Notes under the pieces: model-generated | What the model saw: the letters and a program-made list of their open reading frames with translations, nothing else | Told to the model about the DNA's origin: nothing | Database searches by the model: none | Program-made: the position numbers and the translations under genes | Shown here: one piece after another, positions 1-8,054 of the stretch | Numbering within the stretch: the first letter of the stretch is position 1 | Layout: every line of letters begins with the position of its first letter | NCBI GenBank assembly: GCA_018822105.1 | Contig: JAHJLB010000033.1 | Span: forward strand, 23,377-87,376 | Direction of reading: 5' to 3' | DNA: 64,000 bases | Source of the DNA: Pseudomonadota bacterium | Lineage (GTDB): Bacteria; Desulfobacterota; Desulfovibrionia; Desulfovibrionales; Desulfovibrionaceae

Positions 1-1749
1 CGTGACCTTGGCGGACTTGAAGGCCAGCAGCTCCTCCACCGCCCCGGCGTAGACCCTGCCCGTGTAGGCGTCCACAGTGACCACCTGGCCGGGCTGGATG
101 GACCGGGTGGCGCCGCCCAGGCCCAGGATGGTGGGCACGCCGAATTCGCGCGCAAGCGAAGCCATGTGCCCGGTGATGCTGCCGGAGTCCGCAAGGATGG
201 CCTGGGCCTTCTGCATGACCACCATGTACTTCGGGGAGGAGTGCGGGGCCACGAGCACCCCGCCCTCGGGAAAGCCGCCCAGTTCGTCGTCCGCGGCCAC
301 GATATAGGCCGGGCCGCAGCCCACGCCGGGCTGGGCCACCTCGCCGCCCTGGGCCAGCGCCTCCCGTCCGTCGATGACCGGCATGCCGGCGGGAACACCC
401 TGGACGCCCGCCACCAGGCTTAAGGGCCGGGACTGCAGCACCAGGAGCGCGCCCTGTGGCGTCAGGGCCCATTCGATGTCCTGGGCCGTGCCGTAGTGCC
501 GCTCCAGCCGGAGGGCATAACCGGCCAGGACGCCTATCTGCGCAGGGTTGAGGCAGGGCCGGGTCTGCATGTCCTGGGGCACCGGATCCTCCACGAGCCG
601 GCCCGCCGGCGCGCAGACCAGGCGCACGGGCTTATGCGCCGTGCGGATGTCCTCCAGGGCCAGTGTTTCGCGCGCCACGGACACGCTGTCCGGGGTCACC
701 ACCCCGTCCACGGCATAGGGGCCCAGTCCCCAGACGGCGTTGACGAGCACGCGGTCGTCGGATGCGTTGAAGGGATGCCGGCTGTACATGACCCCGCTGG
801 CCACGGAGTCGATCATCTCCAGGCAGGCCACGCTCATGGCCATGTCCTCGTCCACCACGCCCTTGAGCATGCGGTAGGAGATGGCCCGGGGGGTGTACAG
901 GCTGGCCAGCACGTAGCGGTAGCTGGTCAGCAGGCGCTGCCGGGGCACGTTGAGCACCGAGAGGTACTGCCCGGCATAGGACAGGGCGCTGTCCTCGCCC
1001 AGGGCGCTGCTGCGCAGGGCGACGCGCAGGTCCTGCGGCGGGAGGCCGCATTCCCCGGCCAGCCTTTCGTGGGCGGCCTCGATCTCCCGCTCCAGCTCCG
1101 AAGGCATGGCGGCGCTCAGGATGGCCTGCTGGATCTCCTCGCTGGCCGCCTCCAGGGAGTCCTGGGCCTCGGGGATGATGCCCAGCTTGATGCGCTTGAT
1201 CTCCTCCCACAGCCCGGTGCGCTCGTAGAAGAAGCGGAAGGCGCTGGTGGTGATGGCGAAGCCGCGCGGCACCGGGAGCCCGACGCGGTTCTTCACCTCG
1301 CCCAGGTTGGCGCTCTTGCCGCCCACGGCGTCCACCATCTCCCTGGTGACCTGCTCGTAGCCGAGGATGTGCTCCCTCGCCTCGACCTCCTTGCGCGATT
1401 CCATGGCCTCCTTGATGCGCGCCTGGATCTCCTCCACCTTGGCCCGCAGGGCCGGGTTGGGCTTGCCCGCGAGGCTCTCGAAGCTTGCGGCCATGCGCAG
1501 GGCGTGGAACACGGCGCGCGTGGCCTGGGCGCGCACATAGGACATGCCGAAGAGCCGATCCCCCTGCAGCGTGAACTCCATGTCCGAGACGATCTTCAGC
1601 AACTCCGAGTTGGACTCGAGCAGTTCCTGGAAATGCTTATACTTTTTGCGAAACAGCTCCTGGACGGCCTGGCTTTCCGCGCCCTTTTGCCCGGGGCGGA
1701 ACACGGCCCGGAAGAGCTTGCCGAGACTTGTCAGTATTTCACTTTCCAC
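1..1749 (-). CDS. PEP-utilising enzyme family protein (PpsA/PPDK-like N-terminal ATP-grasp domain + phosphohistidine swivel domain); 3' end lies beyond base 1
   Basis: Uninterrupted minus-strand frame from GTG 1749 (GAAGGGGAG 8 nt upstream) to base 1. Translation reads VESEILTSLGKLF...GGKSANLGE...SGSITGHMASLAREFGVPT. Missing from the ORF track only because there is no stop in the window. Confidence 0.85.
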   Translation of the reverse strand, partial: MESEILTSLGKLFRAVFRPGQKGAESQAVQELFRKKYKHFQELLESNSELLKIVSDMEFTLQGDRLFGMSYVRAQATRAVFHALRMAASFESLAGKPNPALRAKVEEIQARIKEAMESRKEVEAREHILGYEQVTREMVDAVGGKSANLGEVKNRVGLPVPRGFAITTSAFRFFYERTGLWEEIKRIKLGIIPEAQDSLEAASEEIQQAILSAAMPSELEREIEAAHERLAGECGLPPQDLRVALRSSALGEDSALSYAGQYLSVLNVPRQRLLTSYRYVLASLYTPRAISYRMLKGVVDEDMAMSVACLEMIDSVASGVMYSRHPFNASDDRVLVNAVWGLGPYAVDGVVTPDSVSVARETLALEDIRTAHKPVRLVCAPAGRLVEDPVPQDMQTRPCLNPAQIGVLAGYALRLERHYGTAQDIEWALTPQGALLVLQSRPLSLVAGVQGVPAGMPVIDGREALAQGGEVAQPGVGCGPAYIVAADDELGGFPEGGVLVAPHSSPKYMVVMQKAQAILADSGSITGHMASLAREFGVPTILGLGGATRSIQPGQVVTVDAYTGRVYAGAVEELLAFKSAKVT

Positions 1750-1767
1750 AAACCACTCCCCTTCGTG

Positions 1768-1817
1768 AATCGCGCAAGCTTGTTGCGCCGCTAATCGCGC
1801 AGCGCGCAATCGCGCAG
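1768..1817. promoter_or_regulatory. Cluster of AATCGCGCA (TGCGCGATT on minus strand) motif copies upstream of the ppsA-like gene
   Basis: Exact AATCGCGCA at 1768-1776, 1793-1801 and 1808-1816. The 15-mer CGCGCAATCGCGCAG at 1803-1817 recurs exactly at 4473-4487. The cluster lies 20-70 nt upstream of GTG 1749. Confidence 0.35.
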
Positions 1818-1848
1818 TTTCACGCAAACGCTTCGCGCAGCGCGGTCC

Positions 1849-4395
1849 TCACCCTGAGCCCGGGCTTGCCGAGGAATACTGCGTTGACGGGCCCCGGCCT
1901 GTCTTGCGCAGCACCCCGGCCTGCACCAGGGCCTGGAGATCGTACTGGGCCGTGCGCTGGGAGACCCCGGCCCCGAGGGCTGTCTGGTAGTCCAGGCGGG
2001 TGAAGCTGCGGCCCCCGCTGGCCAGGCCGAGGGCGATGTCCTGGCGCGGATTGCCGCCCCTGACGGACAGGGGCGCCTCCGCCGGGGCGGCCTGCGCGGT
2101 TCCTGCCGGCGCCGTCTCCGTGGGCGCCTCCTGCTGGCGCGGCGCGTAGGACTGGGGCTCTGCGCTTTCCCAGTGCACCTGCGGCGAGAGCCCGGCGTCG
2201 TCGAACACGAGGTCCTCGGCGTAGAGCAGGTCCCCCTCGGCAAAGGCCAGGGCCCGGATGATGCAGTTCTTCAGCTCGCGCACATTGCCGGGCCAGTTGT
2301 GGGCCATGAGCTTCTCCAGGGCCCCGCGCGTGAGGCCGACCTCGCTGCGCCGGGCCTGGGCCGAGGATTCCTTGAGAAAATGGCTGGCCAAAAGTGGGAT
2401 GTCGTCCATCCTCTGGCGCAGGGAGGGGGTCTGGATGGTGATGACCTTCAGCCGGTAGTAGAGGTCCTCTCGGAACACGCCGCGCTGCACCAGGTCCATC
2501 AGGTCCACGTTGGTGGCGGCCACCACGCGCACGTTGAACTCGACCTCCTGGTCGCTGCCCAGGGGCCGGATGCGCCGCACGGACAGTGCGCGCAGCAGGG
2601 CCTTCTGGACCTTGTCCGAGGCCGTGCCGATCTCGTCCAGGAGCAGGGTGCCCCCGTCGGCCGCCAGGAACGCGCCCTTGCGGTCGCCCTTGGCCTCGGT
2701 GAAGGCGCCCTTGACGTGGCCAAAGAGGGCGTCGAGGAGCAGGTTCTCGTCCAGCCCGCCGCAGTTCAGCGAGATGAACGGGCAGGCGGAGCGGCTGCTG
2801 AACTTGTGGATGGCCTCGGCCGTGAGTTCCTTGCCGGTGCCGGTCTCGCCCACGATGAGCACGTCCGCCTCGACGCTCGCGGCCTTGCGGATCATGCTCT
2901 GCAGCGCGGCCATGTAGGGGCTCTGGCCCAGGAGGTCCGGGGCCTCGCCCACCAGCCGCCAGCCCAGGTTCGAGGGGATCTCGCTGTCAAAGGACACCTT
3001 CTGGCGCTGGGAGACCATCTGGATGTGCTCGTCGCGCTGGCGGATCTGCTCCTGCTTGTCCTGGATGGCCAGGATCATCTGGTTGAGCGCGTTCTTCAGC
3101 ACCACGGATTCGCGGTCATAGCTGTCCAGGCGCACCGGCCGCAGGCTCTTCTCATGGAACATGGCGCTGATCTCGGCGGCCAGGCTGAGGATGGGCCGGG
3201 TGATGACCCGGCTGATCAAAACCACGAGGATGGCGATGAGGACCACCACCACGAGGGTGATCACGGCCATGACGTCCATGTGGCGCATCTCCGCGGCATC
3301 GGCCAGGCGGCTGCGGTCCACATAGGCTATGCCGCCGACGACCTCGGCGTCCTTGTCCGTGTGCGTGCGGAAACGCACCGGCACATGGACGAGGAAATGC
3401 TGTTCGCTCAGGGTGCCTGAGGCCGTGGGCAGGGAATCGGCCTCCATCAGCCCCGGCTGCCCGGCCTGGGTCTCCACCACCATGCGCCAGTAGCCCTCGT
3501 GCTTCGGCGAGGGCCGGAAGGCCTTGTCATACCCGGGTATGCCGTAGTCGCCGGTCATGCCCAGGCGGGCGATCTCCACCGACAGGTCCCGGCCCGGCTC
3601 CTCGGAATTCTCCGACTGGAAGAGCATCCAGCCCTGCTCGTCGAAAAAGAAGCTGAAGCGGTTCTCGCTGGTGCGGGCGAAGGAATACAGCGGGGACTTC
3701 GGCGAATTGTACAGCGACAGGATGTTGCGCAGGGCCTGGGCCCTGACGGAGACCACGAGGTGGCCGCGCAGGTTCGACTGGCGGTCGAACACGGGGGTGA
3801 GCATGCGGTACACGGCCAGGGTCCTGGCGTGGGGGGATTCCGGAAAGACCGAGGACGGGTACACCGTCTCCGTGAGCCTGGCCAGGCGCACCGTGCCCGG
3901 GCGCATCTCGCGCACCTTCTGGGCCAGGTCCACCGGGCTGTTCCTGATGTCCTGGTGCTGGCCCAGGGGGACCTCCGCCAGGACGCCCCCCTCGGCCACG
4001 AACAGCAGTGTCTCCGCCGCGTTGTGGCCCACAAAGGCCACCTCGGCGACCACGTTCGGGTGGTGCACGCCCCATCCCTGGAAGGCCGCGCGCAGGCGCT
4101 CGCGCCCCGTGTCCTGGCCCTGGGCCAGCCCAAGCATGTCCCTGCGGAGAAACTCCAGCAGGTCCTCCACCTGGCGGGCCTGGGCCAGGTTCTGCGTCTG
4201 CGCGGTGCGGTGCAGGGACTGGTTCAGGTACTTGGTGGAATACCAGTTGGTCACATACCCGGTAAAGATCAGGATGAGCGCCATGGACGGCAGCAGGGAC
4301 ACCAGCAGCTTCTTCTGCACGCTCCAGGTGGCGAACAGATGCCGACCCTGGACAGCGGCGCTTTCGGCCCTGGCGCGGTTGGAACTCCAGACCAC
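1849..4395 (-). CDS. Membrane-anchored sigma-54-dependent transcriptional activator (TM, ~320-aa extracytoplasmic sensor, TM, HAMP-like linker, AAA+ core, C-terminal winged-helix-like domain)
   Basis: ORF 1849..4491. AAA+ motifs GETGTGKE, GAFTEA, LLLDEIG and WPGNVRELKN; two hydrophobic spans (LLVSLLPSMALILIFTGYV, VMAVITLVVVVLIAILVVLI). Start is uncertain: GTG 4395 (AAGGGG upstream) is preferred because ATG 4491 would place the repeated DNA motif inside the coding sequence. Confidence 0.85.
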   Translation of the reverse strand: MVWSSNRARAESAAVQGRHLFATWSVQKKLLVSLLPSMALILIFTGYVTNWYSTKYLNQSLHRTAQTQNLAQARQVEDLLEFLRRDMLGLAQGQDTGRERLRAAFQGWGVHHPNVVAEVAFVGHNAAETLLFVAEGGVLAEVPLGQHQDIRNSPVDLAQKVREMRPGTVRLARLTETVYPSSVFPESPHARTLAVYRMLTPVFDRQSNLRGHLVVSVRAQALRNILSLYNSPKSPLYSFARTSENRFSFFFDEQGWMLFQSENSEEPGRDLSVEIARLGMTGDYGIPGYDKAFRPSPKHEGYWRMVVETQAGQPGLMEADSLPTASGTLSEQHFLVHVPVRFRTHTDKDAEVVGGIAYVDRSRLADAAEMRHMDVMAVITLVVVVLIAILVVLISRVITRPILSLAAEISAMFHEKSLRPVRLDSYDRESVVLKNALNQMILAIQDKQEQIRQRDEHIQMVSQRQKVSFDSEIPSNLGWRLVGEAPDLLGQSPYMAALQSMIRKAASVEADVLIVGETGTGKELTAEAIHKFSSRSACPFISLNCGGLDENLLLDALFGHVKGAFTEAKGDRKGAFLAADGGTLLLDEIGTASDKVQKALLRALSVRRIRPLGSDQEVEFNVRVVAATNVDLMDLVQRGVFREDLYYRLKVITIQTPSLRQRMDDIPLLASHFLKESSAQARRSEVGLTRGALEKLMAHNWPGNVRELKNCIIRALAFAEGDLLYAEDLVFDDAGLSPQVHWESAEPQSYAPRQQEAPTETAPAGTAQAAPAEAPLSVRGGNPRQDIALGLASGGRSFTRLDYQTALGAGVSQRTAQYDLQALVQAGVLRKTGRGPSTQYSSASPGSG

Positions 4396-4419
4396 TTTGC
4401 CCCCCTTGCCCCTTACCCG

Positions 4420-4487
4420 GCGCGATTTCGCGCAAACAGGGCATTTCAAACCGTGGATGTGCTTGCGCAATACGCGCAATCGCGCAG
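4420..4487. promoter_or_regulatory. Candidate upstream activator sites: inverted repeat GCGCGA-TT-TCGCGC plus TGCGCAATACGCGCAATCGCGCAG
   Basis: Inverted repeat with 6-nt arms at 4420-4433. The stretch 4464-4487 contains the exact 15-mer also found at 1803-1817. The cluster sits 55-122 nt upstream of the sigma-54 promoter at 4542. Confidence 0.4.
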
Positions 4488-4541
4488 ACATCTTCCTGCA
4501 CGACTATGATATCTCCAATGATTCCGTCAAGCTTTTTCGCG

Positions 4542-4557
4542 TGGCACGGCCATTGCT
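4542..4557 (+). promoter_or_regulatory. Sigma-54 (-24/-12) promoter
   Basis: TGGCACGGCCATTGCT matches TGGCAC-N5-TTGCW at every conserved position. It lies 121 nt upstream of ATG 4679 and is divergent from a sigma-54 activator gene. Confidence 0.8.
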
Positions 4558-4678
4558 TTATGAAGAATCACGAAACGTGGATCAAGCCAGCCCGGTGGGT
4601 ATACGTCCGCACCATTGCGGCTGGAGAACGTGTGGCAGGGGTCAATTGGGATTGTCAATTGAGAGAGGAGGAACCGAA

Positions 4679-4978
4679 ATGAAAGCTCGCTTCATCAAGC
4701 TGCTCACCTGGGGCATGTTTCTGTGCCTGTCGTTGCCTGGGCTGGCGCTGGCCGCAGGCGGAGGCAAGGTCGAGAACATCGTCATCGTGGCCGACACGCG
4801 CAAGTTCACGGGCTGGGAGGCCTGGTGGACCAACCTGTACAACGAGAGCCACCTGTACTTCGCCCTGCTGACCATGGCGCTCATCCCGACCATCGGCGTG
4901 CTGTTCGGCACCTTTGCCGACTTCCTCATGAGCTTCATCGGCATCGACCTGAAGTCCCGCGAGATCGCGGACCACTAA
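4679..4978 (+). CDS. Small secreted/membrane protein (signal peptide + one C-terminal TM), function unknown
   Basis: ATG 4679 preceded by GGAGGAAC. Translation MKARFIKLLTWGMFLCLSLPGLALAAGGG...ALLTMALIPTIGVLFGTFADFLMSF. First gene downstream of the sigma-54 promoter. Confidence 0.7.
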   Translation: MKARFIKLLTWGMFLCLSLPGLALAAGGGKVENIVIVADTRKFTGWEAWWTNLYNESHLYFALLTMALIPTIGVLFGTFADFLMSFIGIDLKSREIADH

Positions 4979-5006
4979 ACCAGGCCAAACAAGAGGAGAG
5001 TGCGAT

Positions 5007-6053
5007 ATGGAATGGTTGTACGTGCTCATGCCCATCGCGGGCGTGAAAATCTTCTGGCCCGGCCTGATCATCCTCGGCGTGGGCGTCGGCATCATCGGCG
5101 GGTTCTTCGGCATGGGCGGCGCCTGGATGGTCACCCCCGGCCTGAACATCCTGGGCTTCCCCATGGCCTTCGCCATCGGCACGGACATCGCCCACATGGC
5201 GGGCAAGTCCCTCATCTCCACCATGCGCCACGGCAAGTTCGGCAACGTGGACTACAAGCTGGGCATGATCATGCTCGTGGGCACTGTGGTGGGGTTCGAA
5301 ATCGGGGCCCAAATGATCATGTGGCTGGAGCGCCTGGGCAACGTCGAGAAGGTCGTGCGCTACATGTACATCGTCCTGCTCGGCTGCATCGCCTGGATGG
5401 TCTTCCACGACATCAACGTGAAGAAGCGCGCCGAGGCCAAGGTGCGCGCCTCCGGCGGCGACATCAAGGACGCCAAGGGCGTCGAGTGGCACAAGACCTT
5501 CCACGCCATCAAGATCCCGCCCATGATGCACTTCAATGAGGCCGGCATCTACTGCTCCATGTGGCTCCCGGTCGCGGTGAGCTTCCTCACCGGCTGGCTG
5601 GCCGGCATCCTGGGCATCGGCGGCGGGCTCATCCGCATGCCCTCGCTCATCTACCTCGTCGGCTGCCCGACCCACGTGGCCGTGGGCACCGACCTCTTCG
5701 AAGTCGCCATCTCCGGCATCTACGGCGCGGGCACCTACACCTACAAGGGCCGCACCGAGCTCGTGGCCGCAGTGATCATGCTCGTGGGCGCCTCCATGGG
5801 CGCGCAGGTGGGCGCAGTGGCCACCAAGTACATCAAGGGCTACGGCATCCGCTACGCCTTCGGGCTGGCGGTCATCGGCTGCATGGTCTCCATCCTGCTC
5901 AAGCTCGCGGCCAAGCAGTTCAGCCTGCCCCTCCTGGACGACGTCTCCACCGCGGTGGTCCTGGGCGTCGTCTCAAGCCTCTCCCTGTACATCCTGATCC
6001 GCTTCATCGCGGGCTGCAAGAGGGAAGTGGCCATGAAGGCGGCCAAGGGCTAG
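5007..6053 (+). CDS. TauE/SafE (DUF81) family anion exporter-like membrane protein
   Basis: 348 aa, polytopic. GGFFGMGGAWMVTP and GILGIGGGLIRMP repeats are typical of DUF81. AGGAGAG SD at 4993-4999. Confidence 0.85.
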   Translation: MEWLYVLMPIAGVKIFWPGLIILGVGVGIIGGFFGMGGAWMVTPGLNILGFPMAFAIGTDIAHMAGKSLISTMRHGKFGNVDYKLGMIMLVGTVVGFEIGAQMIMWLERLGNVEKVVRYMYIVLLGCIAWMVFHDINVKKRAEAKVRASGGDIKDAKGVEWHKTFHAIKIPPMMHFNEAGIYCSMWLPVAVSFLTGWLAGILGIGGGLIRMPSLIYLVGCPTHVAVGTDLFEVAISGIYGAGTYTYKGRTELVAAVIMLVGASMGAQVGAVATKYIKGYGIRYAFGLAVIGCMVSILLKLAAKQFSLPLLDDVSTAVVLGVVSSLSLYILIRFIAGCKREVAMKAAKG

Positions 6054-6114
6054 GGCGCTGCCGCACATTGCGCTGGCACACACTCGCACTTTGAACAACC
6101 GAAGGAGACTCGAT

Positions 6115-6726
6115 ATGACCGGCAAAAGCATGTGGCGCACCCTCCTCGTGGCCCTGCCTATGGTGCTGCTCCTGGGCTGCACTGACTACGGCAAGGTCGA
6201 CCAGGGCCGGGTGATCAAGTTCGACGAGGCGACCAAGACCATGACCTTCATCCGGGACAAGGCCAACGACACACAGAACCCGGACTACACCCATCTGCCG
6301 CCCGTGACCTACACGCTGCCCACCAACCCCGACGAGATCGGGCCGCTGCCCAAGGCGGGCGGGCGCATGAAGATCGACAACAAGAAGAACCAGATCATCA
6401 TTTTCGACCCGGCCACGCAGAACTTCAAGACCATCGACTTCACCATGGTCGACTTCAAGGAGAACATTGACAAGGAGCATCCGCTCGTGTTCGACAAGGA
6501 AGCTGGCAAGGCCAAGAAGTTCCCCGTGGTGGACAAGGAAAAGAAGACCGTGACCATCTACTCCGGCCGCCAGAAGACCCTCTCGGTCATCGCCCTGCCG
6601 GAAGAGTACTTCGCCCTGCCGGATAGCACCTGGGACTCCGGCGACGAGGCCCGCGTGTACTACAAGGAAGAGGGCAAGGCCCTGCGCTTCATGAACATCA
6701 GCAAGACCAACATCTTCAAGAAGTAG
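6115..6726 (+). CDS. Lipoprotein of unknown function (DUF4881-like)
   Basis: ATG 6115 follows GAAGGAG. Lipobox LLLGC after a hydrophobic signal; Lys/Asp-rich soluble body. The track ORF starts at TTG 6091. Confidence 0.75.
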   Translation: MTGKSMWRTLLVALPMVLLLGCTDYGKVDQGRVIKFDEATKTMTFIRDKANDTQNPDYTHLPPVTYTLPTNPDEIGPLPKAGGRMKIDNKKNQIIIFDPATQNFKTIDFTMVDFKENIDKEHPLVFDKEAGKAKKFPVVDKEKKTVTIYSGRQKTLSVIALPEEYFALPDSTWDSGDEARVYYKEEGKALRFMNISKTNIFKK

Positions 6727-6798
6727 ACGGCGAACGGCGGGCGGGCCGGGGACCACCAACCCGGTTCGCCCCCACATCAGAACACAAAGGAGTCTGGC

Positions 6799-7050
6799 AT
6801 GGGCATCTTCCGCGACGATTCCGAAGCCCCTCGGATCAACATGAACGGACGCCAGAAGCTCTTCATCCTGGCCATTGATTTCGCCATCATCAGCGAACTG
6901 TGCATCGCCATCTCCGTAGCCTCCGCAAACATGGACACCTTCACCCCATCCTTCATGCGGATATTCTTCGCCATGTTCCTGCCCACGCTTTTGGCCGGGT
7001 TTTACGGCCACCGCAAGCTGCGCGACAACACCCAAAGCGCCGGGTCATGA
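6799..7050 (+). CDS. Small two-TM membrane protein, unknown function
   Basis: AAAGGAG SD, 83 aa with two hydrophobic helices. Its stop overlaps the next start (ATGA at 7047). Confidence 0.6.
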   Translation: MGIFRDDSEAPRINMNGRQKLFILAIDFAIISELCIAISVASANMDTFTPSFMRIFFAMFLPTLLAGFYGHRKLRDNTQSAGS

Positions 7051-7868
7051 GCTTCCAGTCCCTCGCCGCCTGGCGCAGGCTCTCCGGCCTGCTCGGCGGC
7101 TGCATCTTCCTCCTGATTCTGGCCGCCCTGGTGGACGGCATGATCTCCGGAGGCCTCAAGGACCCCTTCCAGCACGACCTGCTGCCGGGCCAGAGCGTCA
7201 AGCTCAGCAAGCCCATGCCCAACGGCGCGGAACGCCTGGAAGAGCTTGTCCTGCGCCCCTCCGACGCAAAGATTTCCGTGCGCTTCGAAGAATTGTTCAC
7301 CGGCTTCTGGATGGGCGGCACCCTTTGGCGCGCCGAGGCCACGCTGGCCCGGGACATCCCGGTGGGCCAGTACACCGTGACCGCCTTCCACCAGAACGGC
7401 ACCGCGGTCAGCCCGCCCCAGGCCTTCACCCTGCGCGTGCATCCCAGCGCCCAGGCCATCCTGGACGCGTCGGGTTCGCTCACCACGCGCATCCTGGGCC
7501 TGCAGCCCTACTTTCTGGCCCTCTGCCTGCTGCCCCTGGCCCCGCTGCCCCTGGCCGCCTGCTTCTGGCTCTCCCGCAGCATAGCCAGGACCCTGCGCGC
7601 CCAGCGCATGTGCGAGATCTACCGCTCCATGACCGCGCCTGCAGGATCGCCAGATGGCCCGCCGGGCGGCCAGCGCATCTTCTTCTGCCCGGGCCAGGGC
7701 CACGGCCTGGCCCCAGGCAGCGTGGTGGAGGTGCTGGACGAGGACGGGCAGGCCGTGCTCGGGATTGCGGATGTTACTGAAACCATTCATGAAGACGTCA
7801 CAGCCGTCCTGCGCGAGGGGCTCCACGTGCGCCCCGGCGCCCTGGTCCGGCTGCCCCCGGCGCCATAG
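7047..7868 (+). CDS. Membrane protein (N-terminal TM, middle TM pair, soluble C-terminal beta-rich domain), unknown function
   Basis: ATG 7047 is translationally coupled to the preceding gene. Balanced composition (MSFQSLAAWRRLSGLLGGCIFLLILAALV...). The upstream part of track ORF 6900..7868 is the wrong start. Confidence 0.7.
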   Translation: MSFQSLAAWRRLSGLLGGCIFLLILAALVDGMISGGLKDPFQHDLLPGQSVKLSKPMPNGAERLEELVLRPSDAKISVRFEELFTGFWMGGTLWRAEATLARDIPVGQYTVTAFHQNGTAVSPPQAFTLRVHPSAQAILDASGSLTTRILGLQPYFLALCLLPLAPLPLAACFWLSRSIARTLRAQRMCEIYRSMTAPAGSPDGPPGGQRIFFCPGQGHGLAPGSVVEVLDEDGQAVLGIADVTETIHEDVTAVLREGLHVRPGALVRLPPAP

Positions 7869-8054
7869 GCCTTTCATTCCCCCCGGCCCTGGCCGGGCCG
7901 GACCTGCGGCCCGGCACCCCCCCCGGTCCCTCCCCGACCGCAAGACGACGCCATTTCGCCTGAACCCGCCCCTTGCCCCCTTCCCTTGAAAACCGTATTC
8001 AGGTAGACGGCTGCGTTCCAAAAAGTTCAGTTTGTTTTTAGGGGGTTTGATGAC

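Noticed and set aside
496-1794. 432-aa plus-strand ORF at the left end.
   Set aside because: It is antisense to the PEP-utilising enzyme gene and has a His/Gly/Ala/Leu/Val-biased translation with no motifs.
6073-6090. Additional TGGCAC hits examined as sigma-54 promoters: 6074 TGGCACACACTCGCA, 48066 TGGCACCTACCTTGT and 61747 TGGCACCTAACCGCT.
   Set aside because: The GG-to-GC spacing is off by one (6074, 61747) or the -12 GC is missing (48066). The sites lie inside a coding region or inside the tRNA terminator hairpin.
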